DNA from: Paracoccaceae bacterium
GTDB taxonomy: Bacteria; Pseudomonadota; Alphaproteobacteria; Rhodobacterales; Rhodobacteraceae
Reading direction: 5' to 3'
DNA: 64,000 bases
Assembly (NCBI GenBank): GCA_045564975.1
Contig: JBJLGF010000034.1
Coordinates: forward strand, 123,680-187,679
Shown here: positions 54,458 through 63,473 of the stretch, one piece after another
How positions within the stretch are numbered: the stretch's first letter is position 1
Layout: each line of letters starts with the position of its first letter
The notes under the pieces: generated by a model
Told to the model about the DNA's origin: nothing
Seen by the model: the letters and a program-made list of their open reading frames with translations, nothing else
The model's database searches: none
Translations under genes and position numbers: made by a program

Positions 54458-54922
54458 TCACTTGCGAAAACTATCAAGACTTACGATTTCTCCAGTATCT
54501 TTCTTTATTTTGTCTCTATTGTCTTCATCTGAGTTTGAAATTGCTGGCTCTTCAGTATTATCTTCCTCGTCACTAGTTTCAAATCTCAAACCAAATTCAA
54601 CTGAGGGGTCCACAAAAGTAAGTATAGCTTCATAGGGTATAACTAAATGCTCTGGGGTATCTCCAAAGTTTAAGGTTACTGAGAAACCATCATCTCTGAC
54701 ATCTAGATCATCATACCAATGTTGCATCACAACTGTTATTTCTGTTGGATATCTTTCTTTTAGCCACGGAGCCATTTCGACTTCCGCATGATTAGTATCA
54801 AAGGTTATGAAAAAATGATGCTCGCCTGGTAAGCCATTATCTTTTACTTCTATCAGTACATCTTGGATTAGGGACCTCATGGCATTGTGCATTAAATTGC
54901 CATAATCGATTTCATCTACCAC
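54458..54922 (-). CDS. sspB: ClpXP adaptor SspB (alphaproteobacterial type)
   Basis: GLPGEHHFFITF, YPTEITVVMQHW, FVDPSVEFGLRF, C-terminal VSLDSFRK; directly downstream of ssrA. Confidence 0.93.
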   Translation of the reverse strand: MVDEIDYGNLMHNAMRSLIQDVLIEVKDNGLPGEHHFFITFDTNHAEVEMAPWLKERYPTEITVVMQHWYDDLDVRDDGFSVTLNFGDTPEHLVIPYEAILTFVDPSVEFGLRFETSDEEDNTEEPAISNSDEDNRDKIKKDTGEIVSLDSFRK

Positions 54923-54987
54923 GTTTCACTCCTCATACCCTTCAAAAAAACCAAAATCGTTAAAAGGGTTTACCGCGCTAATTATTT

Positions 54988-55292
54988 TAAGTGTAGGCTT
55001 CTGTTGCCAGGTGCCTACGAACCCCGCCAAACCAAGCTAGAGGTTTGGACTTAGATTTCAGTATCTCCGACTGCTTACGCAGCCATCGCTACTGGAGCAC
55101 GATTGTCATTTGCAATTGTACATTTTGCGCCGATAACGGTGGCTTCCCGCCGAAACAAAGCTAACCCTTTTAGACGTCCGTCGATCCTATTTCGGCCCCA
55201 AAGGTATATTTTGGTGGAGCCGCAGGGTACCGCCCCCTGGTCCGATCCGCTTATTATGAGCGCGTTTATGTCCATAGTTCAAAAGAACATCT
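54988..55292 (-). ncRNA. ssrA: tmRNA, circularly permuted two-piece form; tag peptide (A)NDNRAPVAMAA
   Basis: Minus strand: acceptor piece ends ...CGGCTCCACCA at 55212; 12-nt spacer; coding piece starts GGGGCCGAAATAGGATCGAC at 55199; tag ORF 55113-55075; terminal hairpin gtagg..cctac near 54990-55020; outer ends approximate. Confidence 0.95.
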
Positions 55293-55450
55293 GATGTTTA
55301 AGCAAAAAACTCCAAAATTTAAAGATTTAAATAAGAAAAGTTAAAAAATTTTTACGGTGCGTCATTTAAACGTTTTTTCTTGTGTGAAAAACAAAACAGT
55401 GTATCTCGAGAGCGGTTTAAGATTGGACTAATTGTTCGGAGTGAAATGTA

Positions 55451-56284
55451 ATGGCTATTTCGCGTAATATTTTTTGGATAGCGTTTTTTGCTTCTATATT
55501 AGCGTCTTGGTGGTGGCTTTACTCCATGAGCCTATCGATGAATATGGATTTGTTAGGACGCATGTCTATGAATACCGCAATGTCCAACATGGATATGTCC
55601 AAAGAGCCTATGTCCAACATGGATATGTCGAAAAGAATGACATCTATGGATCCTATGAAGGGTCACATGGCGATGGATAATTCCATGACCAGTTTTCTAC
55701 CACTTGCTGGAATGTGGGCAATAATGATGGCAGCGATGATGCTCCCAACAATGGTCCCGACTTTGAGAAGTTACGAAGATTTGATGACCAGTGCAAATGG
55801 AACAAGGGTAGGTTGGTTGGGCGTACTTATAGGTTATTCAATTGTCTGGGTGTTATTCTCTTTAATAATCAGCGGCACTCAATTAGCATTACTTTATTTG
55901 AATGTGGTTGATATGATGGGCAAAGCAAAGTCTTTATGGCTATCTGCTGCTCTTTTAATTGTTGCGGGAGCATTCCAATTTACCCGTGCCAAGGAAGTTT
56001 GTCATGGTGTCTGCCATAGTCCAATGTCATATTTTGTCGGTTATTGGCGAGTTGGTTTTAGCGGCGGTTTACGTATGGGGTTGAGCCTCGGCGCTTATTG
56101 CGTCGGGTGTTGTTGGCTGTTTATGGTTCTAGGCTTTGCAGGTGGCGTCATGAATTTTCTTTGGATGGGACTAGCCACGTTTATGATGGTACTAGAAAAA
56201 CTACCACAATTGGGCCACTTTCTTGTAAAACCGCTTGGCATACTGCTGATTCTCAGTGGGCCGAGCATAATTATATTATTTTAA
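55451..56284 (+). CDS. DUF2182 predicted metal-binding integral membrane protein with Met-rich loop
   Basis: MWAIMMAAMMLP, QFTRAKEVCHGVCHSP, YCVGCCW, GVMNFLWM...LEK. Confidence 0.88.
   Translation: MAISRNIFWIAFFASILASWWWLYSMSLSMNMDLLGRMSMNTAMSNMDMSKEPMSNMDMSKRMTSMDPMKGHMAMDNSMTSFLPLAGMWAIMMAAMMLPTMVPTLRSYEDLMTSANGTRVGWLGVLIGYSIVWVLFSLIISGTQLALLYLNVVDMMGKAKSLWLSAALLIVAGAFQFTRAKEVCHGVCHSPMSYFVGYWRVGFSGGLRMGLSLGAYCVGCCWLFMVLGFAGGVMNFLWMGLATFMMVLEKLPQLGHFLVKPLGILLILSGPSIIILF
55580..55633 (+). repeat. In-frame 30-bp-period tandem duplication encoding MSNMDMSK x2
   Basis: atgtccaacatggatatgtc at 55580 and 55610. Confidence 0.9.
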
Positions 56285-56300
56285 ATTAAGGAACGGTTTT

Positions 56301-57005
56301 ATGGCAATAAGCAGAAAACCTGAAGCGGATAAATTACCAGTTAGCCAGCGTATCAATCAACGAATGGAGAACCCAAAGAGACGTCAGGCTACTCCGACAG
56401 AGTGGGCTATAAAGGGAGAGCTATTTCTAAATTGTTCTTGTACGGTTTTTTGCCCTTGTGTTGTTAGTCTAGGCGCTCATCCACCTACCGAAGGCCACTG
56501 TCATGCATGGATGGCAATTGCGATTGATGAGGGCTACTATGAAGAAGAAAATTTGGCTGGAATAGATGTCGGTTTGTTAGTGGATATACCCGGCCGTATG
56601 GGTGAAGGTGATTGGAAGGTCGCGGCATATATAGACAGTGCTGCCAGTGGAAAGGCTTATAATGGTTTGCTTCGTATTTTAAGTGGTCAGGCAGGAGGAA
56701 CCACTGGTTTGTTCACGATGCTTGTGAGCGAGATTATTGGTGCTGAAAAAACAAAAGTTGATATTGTCAGAGAAGGTAAGAAACGTTCGATAATGATTGG
56801 GCGTAAAATACAGGGTGAAATTGAACTCATTGAAGGTAATGAAAAAGACCAACCCGTATTAATAAGTAATACAAAGTATTGGATGGGCCCTGATATAATA
56901 GCAGCCAAAGGTATTAAATCTAAGGTTCGTGATTATGGGCGAGTTTGGGATTTCGGCGGAAAATCTGCGGAAGTTTGCCCCATTGATTGGAAAGGTTCAG
57001 CCTAA
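56301..57005 (+). CDS. DUF1326 family Cys-rich protein
   Basis: WAIKGELFLNCSCTVFCPC...PTEGHC, PGRMGEGDW; usual partner of DUF2182. Confidence 0.88.
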   Translation: MAISRKPEADKLPVSQRINQRMENPKRRQATPTEWAIKGELFLNCSCTVFCPCVVSLGAHPPTEGHCHAWMAIAIDEGYYEEENLAGIDVGLLVDIPGRMGEGDWKVAAYIDSAASGKAYNGLLRILSGQAGGTTGLFTMLVSEIIGAEKTKVDIVREGKKRSIMIGRKIQGEIELIEGNEKDQPVLISNTKYWMGPDIIAAKGIKSKVRDYGRVWDFGGKSAEVCPIDWKGSA

Positions 57006-58106
57006 ATGGCTGGCATAGTTCCTTCAAGAAGAGTTCGCGGTACGCCATTTTCTGCTGGCGTCCAAGCTGCTGGAGCTAAGGCTTACACAGTGTATAACCA
57101 TATGCTGCTACCAAGCTATTTTGAAAGTTATCGAGACGATTATCATCATCTAAAAAAATACGTTCAAGTTTGGGACGTGTCTGTGGAAAGGCAGGTAAGC
57201 GTCAAAGGTCCTGATGCAGCTAAAATGATGACAATGGTTAGTCCTCGTGACATGAACAAAATGGCTGAAGATCAGTGTTACTACATGCCTATCTGTGATG
57301 ATAATGGCGGAATGTTAAATGATCCAGTTGCTATAAAATTAGCTGAAGATCACTACTGGTTATCAATCGCTGATGGTGATTTGCTTCAGTTTCTACTTGG
57401 TTTAGCAATTGGAAAAAATTTACAAGTCGAGATTGAAGAACCTGATGTTTCTCCGTTGGCTATTCAGGGGCCACTAGCAGAAGATCTAACCGCTAGGGTT
57501 TTTGGCGACGTTGTTCGTGAAATTAAATTTTTTCGTTACAAAAAGTTAAAATTCCTTGATACGGATTTTGTTGTGGCGCGTTCAGGTTGGTCTAAGCAGG
57601 GTGGTTTTGAAATTTATGTTGATGGTACAGAATATGGAAAGCCTCTTTGGGACGCCTTTTTTGAAGCTGGAAAAGATTTAAATGTCAGAGCCGGTTGTCC
57701 AAATTTGATTGAACGAATTGAAGGTGGATTATTATCATACGGGTCGGATATGACACGGCAAAACACACCTGTAGAGGCCGGGCTTGCAAGATTTTGTAAT
57801 TCGCCAGATGAGTATCTTGGAAAAGCAACAATTGAAAAACAAAAAAGAGATGGATCAGACCGTATAGTGTGTCCGATTTCTATTGGTGGCGGTGATGACT
57901 TGCCGCACAATGTAACTGGATGGAGGGTTCTTTCCAAAAATAATCAAGTGGGCTTAATTGCTTCAGCTGCATGGTCTCCTGATTTTCAGACTAATGTTGC
58001 AATTGGGATGATTGAGCGAGGCCACTGGGACGCAGGAACGGTTCTCAATGTAGATACTGGCGCTGATATTAGATCAGCGGAAGTAAAAGAAAAATTTTGG
58101 ATTTAA
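57006..58106 (+). CDS. dmdA: Dimethylsulfoniopropionate demethylase
   Basis: PSRRVRGTPFSAGV...YTVYNHMLLP, VQVWDV..ERQ, GGMLNDPV, ARSGWSKQGGFEIY, ERIEGGLLSYG; closely matches Roseobacter DmdA as recalled. Confidence 0.92.
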   Translation: MAGIVPSRRVRGTPFSAGVQAAGAKAYTVYNHMLLPSYFESYRDDYHHLKKYVQVWDVSVERQVSVKGPDAAKMMTMVSPRDMNKMAEDQCYYMPICDDNGGMLNDPVAIKLAEDHYWLSIADGDLLQFLLGLAIGKNLQVEIEEPDVSPLAIQGPLAEDLTARVFGDVVREIKFFRYKKLKFLDTDFVVARSGWSKQGGFEIYVDGTEYGKPLWDAFFEAGKDLNVRAGCPNLIERIEGGLLSYGSDMTRQNTPVEAGLARFCNSPDEYLGKATIEKQKRDGSDRIVCPISIGGGDDLPHNVTGWRVLSKNNQVGLIASAAWSPDFQTNVAIGMIERGHWDAGTVLNVDTGADIRSAEVKEKFWI

Positions 58107-58124
58107 ATCAAAGGAGAAGAAAAA

Positions 58125-59369
58125 ATGGCTACCAAACAGCTTTACGATCTCGGTGATATGCCACCTCTGGGGGAGGTTCCAGAAAAGATGCATGCTTTTT
58201 TAGTTCGACAGGACCGGTTTGGAGAGCCAAGTAAAGCATGGCAAAGAGAAGTCATCGATACGCCAACAATTGGGCCTAAAGACGTATTGGTTTATGTGAT
58301 GGCAACGGGTGTAAACTATAACAACGTTTGGGCGGCGCTTGGATTTCCAGTGGATGTTATTAAGGATCGACAGAAAAAGGGGGAATCAGAGGATTTTCAT
58401 GCTGGTGGCTCCGATGCTTCTGGTATCGTTTGGGCCGTTGGTGAGGAAGTCTCCGATGTGAAAATAGGAGATGAAGTTGTGGTTCATTCTGGCTGGTGGG
58501 AGCCTGATGATGCTTGGGTGCTATCGGGTAGAGACCCAATGCTTGCGCCTAGCGTTCGTATTTGGGGTTATCAAACGAACTATGGTTCCTATTGTCAATT
58601 TGCCAAAGCTCAATCCCATCAAATTAAGAAGAAGCCTAAACATCTTACTTGGGAAGAAGCTGGCTGTTATATGCTTTGTGCATCAACAGCATATCGCCAA
58701 TTAATGGGTTGGGCGCCACATACTGTTGAAAAAGACGATGTTGTTTTGGTCTGGGGTGCTGCCGGTGGCCTTGGTGCTATGGCGTTGCAAATTGTTTCTG
58801 CTTTAGGAGGTAAAGCTATTGCCGTAATTTCAGATGAAGACAAACGGCAGTTCTGCTTGGATAAAGGCGCTGTTGGGGTCATAAACCGTAATGACTTTGA
58901 TCATTGGGGGTCTATGCCGGATACTGCATCTCCAGAGTATGGTAATTTTATTAAAGGGGCACGCGCTTTTGGAAAAGCCATTTGGGATATACTCGGTGAA
59001 CGAAAAAATCCTAAAATTGTATTTGAGCATCCGGGCGAGGCGACATTGCCAACATCAGGTTTCATCTGTGATACAGGTGGTATGGTGGTAATTTGTGCTG
59101 GAACAACGGGATATAATATAACCATGGACCTGCGTTATCACTGGATGATGCAAAAACGTTTTCAAGGGTCACATTTGGCAAATGATGAACAGTCAGAAGC
59201 TGTGAATGAATTGCTTTTGGCAGGAAAAGTTGATCCATGTTTGTCAGGAACTTATAGTTTTGACGAAATAGGTCACGCTCATCAGCTCATGTATGAAAAC
59301 AAACACCCCTATGGAAATATGGCTTGCCTAGTGAATGCTAAAGAAACTGGACAGGGCGCAACAAAATAA
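58125..59369 (+). CDS. Crotonyl-CoA carboxylase/reductase family enzyme (divergent enoyl-CoA carboxylase/reductase)
   Basis: [58 protein letters not shown]. Confidence 0.9.
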   Translation: MATKQLYDLGDMPPLGEVPEKMHAFLVRQDRFGEPSKAWQREVIDTPTIGPKDVLVYVMATGVNYNNVWAALGFPVDVIKDRQKKGESEDFHAGGSDASGIVWAVGEEVSDVKIGDEVVVHSGWWEPDDAWVLSGRDPMLAPSVRIWGYQTNYGSYCQFAKAQSHQIKKKPKHLTWEEAGCYMLCASTAYRQLMGWAPHTVEKDDVVLVWGAAGGLGAMALQIVSALGGKAIAVISDEDKRQFCLDKGAVGVINRNDFDHWGSMPDTASPEYGNFIKGARAFGKAIWDILGERKNPKIVFEHPGEATLPTSGFICDTGGMVVICAGTTGYNITMDLRYHWMMQKRFQGSHLANDEQSEAVNELLLAGKVDPCLSGTYSFDEIGHAHQLMYENKHPYGNMACLVNAKETGQGATK

Positions 59370-59383
59370 ATTTAATGCTTTTA

Positions 59384-59411
59384 AATAAAGACCCTTATTA
59401 GGGTCTTTATT
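59384..59411 (+). terminator. Intrinsic terminator after the ccr-like gene
   Basis: Perfect 12-bp stem aataaagaccct-tatt-agggtctttatt. Confidence 0.8.
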
Positions 59412-59549
59412 CTTACAGCAAATTGTTATGTTTTAACAATTGGGTAATTTTATTTTGTTGATAAACTATCGGAGATTGAATTTTAAATTAAATACTACCT
59501 GTAAGATGTTGCTTATAAATAAAAAAAATAGTCATAATAGAGGCCAATT

Positions 59550-60764
59550 ATGGACTTAGATATAAATTTTGTTCGTAATCAGTTTCCGGCATTTTCGGAA
59601 AATAGCTTAATGAATAAAGCTTTTTTTGAAAATGCAGGAGGTTCTTATGCGTGTGGGCAAGTTATTAATCGCCTGAAGCGATTTTATAATGAGAGAAAAG
59701 TACAGCCTTATGGTGCTTTTGAAGCCAGTATTTCTGGTGGAAATGAAATGGATGAGGCTAGGGTAGGCCTTGCGCGCTATTTGGGTGTCAAAGAGAGTGA
59801 AGTGAGCTTTGGACCATCTACAACTCAAAATACATATGTTTTAGCTCAAGCTTTTGGAGAATGGTTGGTTCCAGGTAATGCGATTATTGTTACAAATCAG
59901 GATCATGAAGCAAATACTGGCTCTTGGCGAAGACTTTCTAATCAAGGAGTGCAGATTAAAGAGTGGAAAGTTAACAAAGAAACTGGCGAGCTAAATATAG
60001 AAGATTTGGAAAATTTGCTAAGTGAAGATGTAAAATTAGTGTGCTTTCCACACTGTTCAAATATCGTTGCACATATTAATCCAGTCAAGGAAATAGTATC
60101 ACGGGCACATTCTGCTGGCGCCTTTGTTTGTGTTGATGGAGTGAGTTACGCTCCACATGGCTTACCAAATGTAGATGAAATAGGAGCAGATATCTATCTG
60201 TTCTCAAGTTATAAGACTTATGGACCTCATCAAGGTATAATGGTTATCAGAGAGGTCCTTGCTGAATTGCTCCCTAACCAAGGGCATTATTTTAACGAAA
60301 AATTTTTGACTAAAAAATTTACTCCTGCTGGGCCAGACCATGCACAGATAGCGGCCTGTGCGGGTATTGTTGAATATTTTGATGCCTTAGCAGCTCACCA
60401 TAATATAAGTTTATCTGAGGCACCAATAATGGTGCATAAACTGCTGAGAGATTATGAGAAAAAACTTCTTCAGCCATTATTGGATTATGTAAAATCAAAG
60501 AACTCAACTCGATTGCTGGGTCCCTCTAATGCTTCAAAAAGAGCTCCAACTGTAGCGGTAGATCTGAAGTGCAATGCATTTGAAGTAGCTAAAAAGCTAT
60601 CAGATTTAAATATATTGGCCGGAGGCGATGATTTCTACGCAGTTAGACTTCTGGAAGCATTAGGTGTTGATATAGCTCATGGCGCTCTGCGGTTAAGTTT
60701 TGTACATTATACGAAAGAAGAAGAGGTAAAAGCTGTAATTCAAGCCTTAGATGAAGTTCTATAA
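59550..60764 (+). CDS. Class V PLP aminotransferase / cysteine-desulfurase-like protein
   Basis: FFENAGGS, DHEAN, VDGVSYAPH, FSSYKTYGPH, LRLSFVHY. Confidence 0.87.
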   Translation: MDLDINFVRNQFPAFSENSLMNKAFFENAGGSYACGQVINRLKRFYNERKVQPYGAFEASISGGNEMDEARVGLARYLGVKESEVSFGPSTTQNTYVLAQAFGEWLVPGNAIIVTNQDHEANTGSWRRLSNQGVQIKEWKVNKETGELNIEDLENLLSEDVKLVCFPHCSNIVAHINPVKEIVSRAHSAGAFVCVDGVSYAPHGLPNVDEIGADIYLFSSYKTYGPHQGIMVIREVLAELLPNQGHYFNEKFLTKKFTPAGPDHAQIAACAGIVEYFDALAAHHNISLSEAPIMVHKLLRDYEKKLLQPLLDYVKSKNSTRLLGPSNASKRAPTVAVDLKCNAFEVAKKLSDLNILAGGDDFYAVRLLEALGVDIAHGALRLSFVHYTKEEEVKAVIQALDEVL

Positions 60765-60814
60765 TTTCTTAAAAACTGGCTGAAACAGTTTGTTAGACTA
60801 TATCCACTGATACA

Positions 60815-62230
60815 ATGAAAAAACCTATAATTTACTGGATAAGACGCGACTTTCGGCTTGATAATAATCCTGCTCTAAAGTTCGTTATAGATTCCAAACA
60901 ACCGGTAATACCAGTTTTTATCAGAGATGAGTTTGTCGATAATCTTGGAAGTGCTCCTAAGTGGAGACTTGGTTTGGGTTTAGAATATCTCGCTGCGAAA
61001 TATAAAAAATATGGTGTGGATGTTATTTTCAGGACAGGTTCTGCAGAGAAAGTTTTAACTGATCTAATTAATGAAACTCAGGCAAACCAAGTAGTTTGGG
61101 CGCGCACCTACCTGCCTCCATTGAATGATAGAGATACCCACATTAAGTCCTTGTTAAAACAAAAGGGGCTTTTGGTTAAAAGTTTTCCTGGGCATCTTTT
61201 GTTTGAACCTTGGTCAGTTTCGCCAAAGTCTAGTGACTTTTTTAAGGTTTATACGCCATTTTGGAAAGCAACTCGACTTAAAGACACGCTTGGATTCGAG
61301 ACAAAAGTTTCTGAAATTATAGCAACTGACCAAAAGCTGATGACTGAAAGTTTAGACGGCTGGCGCTTTGGAAAAGGTATGTCACGTGGCTCATCGGTTG
61401 TTCGTCGCTTTGTGCGCTTAGGAGAAGACGCTGCTAGAGAGCGATTAGCTTATTTCATTTCGAGTAACGTGAAGCATTATTCTACTTTTCGAGATATTCC
61501 ATCACTGGATGGGACTTCTGGTTTGTCCGAAAACTTATCTTTAGGTGAAATTTCTCCAATTGAATGTTGGAATGCTGGTCTTAAGGCTTTGGAAGAGGGG
61601 CATGATGCTGCCGAAATATTTTTGAAAGAACTTGTCTGGAGGGAGTTCGCGTATCATTTAGCTCACCATACACCTCGCATTTTAAATAGTAACTGGCGTC
61701 AGGAATGGGATAGCTTTCCGTGGAATACAAATGAGAAAGATGAAAGAGTTACTCGATGGAAGCAGGGCCGTACTGGAATTCCTTTTGTTGATGCTGCAAT
61801 GCGAGAGTTATATGTAACCGGTCGAATGCATAATAGAGGTCGAATGATTGTTGCTTCCTTTTTAACCAAACATTTAATGACTCACTGGAAAATTGGGCTA
61901 AAATGGTTTGAAAATTGTTTGATCGATTGGGATCCAGCGAGTAATGCAATGGGTTGGCAATGGTCTGCGGGATCTGGACCCGACGCAACTCCATATTTCA
62001 GAGTTTTTAATCCGAATACACAATTAGAGAAGTTTGATAGCCAGTACGAATATAGAGATAGGTGGCTTGCTGAATTTAGTGGCAAAAATTCAAAAAATGC
62101 ACTTTCTTTCTTTGACGCGATCCCAAAAAACTGGAAATTATCAGTGCAAATGGAGTATCCTAAACCTATAGTTGATTTGTCTGAAGGAAGAAAAATAGCG
62201 CTAGACGCTTATAAGAATAGGAAGTTTTAA
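60815..62230 (+). CDS. phrB: CPD DNA photolyase
   Basis: WIRRDFRLDNNPAL, FKVYTPF, ELVWREF, GRMHNRGRMIVASFL, WQWSAG, YFRVFNP. Confidence 0.94.
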   Translation: MKKPIIYWIRRDFRLDNNPALKFVIDSKQPVIPVFIRDEFVDNLGSAPKWRLGLGLEYLAAKYKKYGVDVIFRTGSAEKVLTDLINETQANQVVWARTYLPPLNDRDTHIKSLLKQKGLLVKSFPGHLLFEPWSVSPKSSDFFKVYTPFWKATRLKDTLGFETKVSEIIATDQKLMTESLDGWRFGKGMSRGSSVVRRFVRLGEDAARERLAYFISSNVKHYSTFRDIPSLDGTSGLSENLSLGEISPIECWNAGLKALEEGHDAAEIFLKELVWREFAYHLAHHTPRILNSNWRQEWDSFPWNTNEKDERVTRWKQGRTGIPFVDAAMRELYVTGRMHNRGRMIVASFLTKHLMTHWKIGLKWFENCLIDWDPASNAMGWQWSAGSGPDATPYFRVFNPNTQLEKFDSQYEYRDRWLAEFSGKNSKNALSFFDAIPKNWKLSVQMEYPKPIVDLSEGRKIALDAYKNRKF

Positions 62231-62240
62231 GAGTTAGGTC

Positions 62241-63446
62241 ATGTTAGAAACAACAGTAGGACAGAAAAACTTGCCACGGTATTTTTCGCAAGTTTTTGAA
62301 ATGACAAAAAAAATGAATACTGGCAGGTTAGATTTTGAATTACCTGACGGTCGAGTTTTTCGTGCACATGGGAAAAAACCTGGGCCTGTAAGTAAGCTTA
62401 AAATCAACAATGAAGATGTTTTTGCAAGGCTTATCCGGGAAGGGGATCTTGGTTTTTGTGATGCTTATCTTGATGGTTGGTGGTCTACGCCTGATTTACA
62501 AGCGTTCTTAGACCTTGTGCACGCTGATAATGATGAGATGTATGATTCTTTTCCAGGTATGGGTATGGTAAGGGCCTGGGAAAAATTTCGATTTTGGCTA
62601 CAATCTAATTCCAAGTCTCAAGCAAGAAAGAATATAAGCTATCATTACGATCTAGGAAATGATTTTTACAAATTGTGGCTCGATGAAACTATGACATATT
62701 CATCTGCAATTTTCAAAACTGGGCAGGAAAGCACAGAAAGCGCTCAGATTGAAAAGTACTCTTCATTAATAAATCAAATGGGTGCAAAGAAAGGTGATCA
62801 TATTCTTGAAATAGGGTGTGGTTGGGGAGGCTTTGCTGAATATGCGGCAAAAGAACGGGGACTTAAAGTTACAGGGTTAACAATTAGCAAAGAGCAATTA
62901 AAATATGCTGAAAAGCGCATCAAAGATGCGGGTCTTTCAGATATGGTTAATTTCAAGCTTCAGGACTATAGGGATGAACGTGGGAAATATGACGGCATAG
63001 CGAGCATAGAAATGTTTGAAGCCGTAGGAGAAAAATATTGGCCAGCCTATTTTGATTGCGTTAAAAACTGCCTTTATCCTGGAAAACAGGCTACACTTCA
63101 GATTATTACCATCCAAGAGGCTAGGTGGGAAATATATCGACGTGGAGTGGATTTCATTCAAAAATATATTTTTCCAGGTGGGATGTTGCCTAGCCCAGCT
63201 GCGCTTAGGTCAGAAGTTGAACGTGCTGGCTTGAAAGTTGTAAATTCAATAGAGTTTGGAGAAAGTTATTCCAAAACCTTACGACGCTGGCATGAGACAT
63301 TTAATGCTAAATGGGATCAAATTTCTGAAATGGGTTTTGATGACAGGTTTCAAAGAATGTGGAACTTTTACTTAACCTCATGCGCGTCCACTTTTCATTA
63401 TGGCAATTGTGATGTCACACAAATTACAATTGAGAAACCGACCTAG
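62241..63446 (+). CDS. Cfa-family SAM-dependent fatty-acyl methyltransferase (cfaS/UfaM-like)
   Basis: NISYHYDLGN, MTYSSA, LEIGCGWG, SIEMFEAVG, FIQKYIFPGG. Confidence 0.9.
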   Translation: MLETTVGQKNLPRYFSQVFEMTKKMNTGRLDFELPDGRVFRAHGKKPGPVSKLKINNEDVFARLIREGDLGFCDAYLDGWWSTPDLQAFLDLVHADNDEMYDSFPGMGMVRAWEKFRFWLQSNSKSQARKNISYHYDLGNDFYKLWLDETMTYSSAIFKTGQESTESAQIEKYSSLINQMGAKKGDHILEIGCGWGGFAEYAAKERGLKVTGLTISKEQLKYAEKRIKDAGLSDMVNFKLQDYRDERGKYDGIASIEMFEAVGEKYWPAYFDCVKNCLYPGKQATLQIITIQEARWEIYRRGVDFIQKYIFPGGMLPSPAALRSEVERAGLKVVNSIEFGESYSKTLRRWHETFNAKWDQISEMGFDDRFQRMWNFYLTSCASTFHYGNCDVTQITIEKPT

Positions 63447-63473
63447 GGTTTAAAGGTCAGGTTTTAGCTTAAA

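Noticed and set aside
55075-55275. 66-aa minus-strand ORF ending ANDNRAPVAMAA
   Set aside because: It is the tmRNA gene; only the tag is translated, by trans-translation.
55293-55450. Genomic island or DmdR operator between ssrA and the DMSP operon
   Set aside because: No integrase, att duplication or convincing palindrome was seen.
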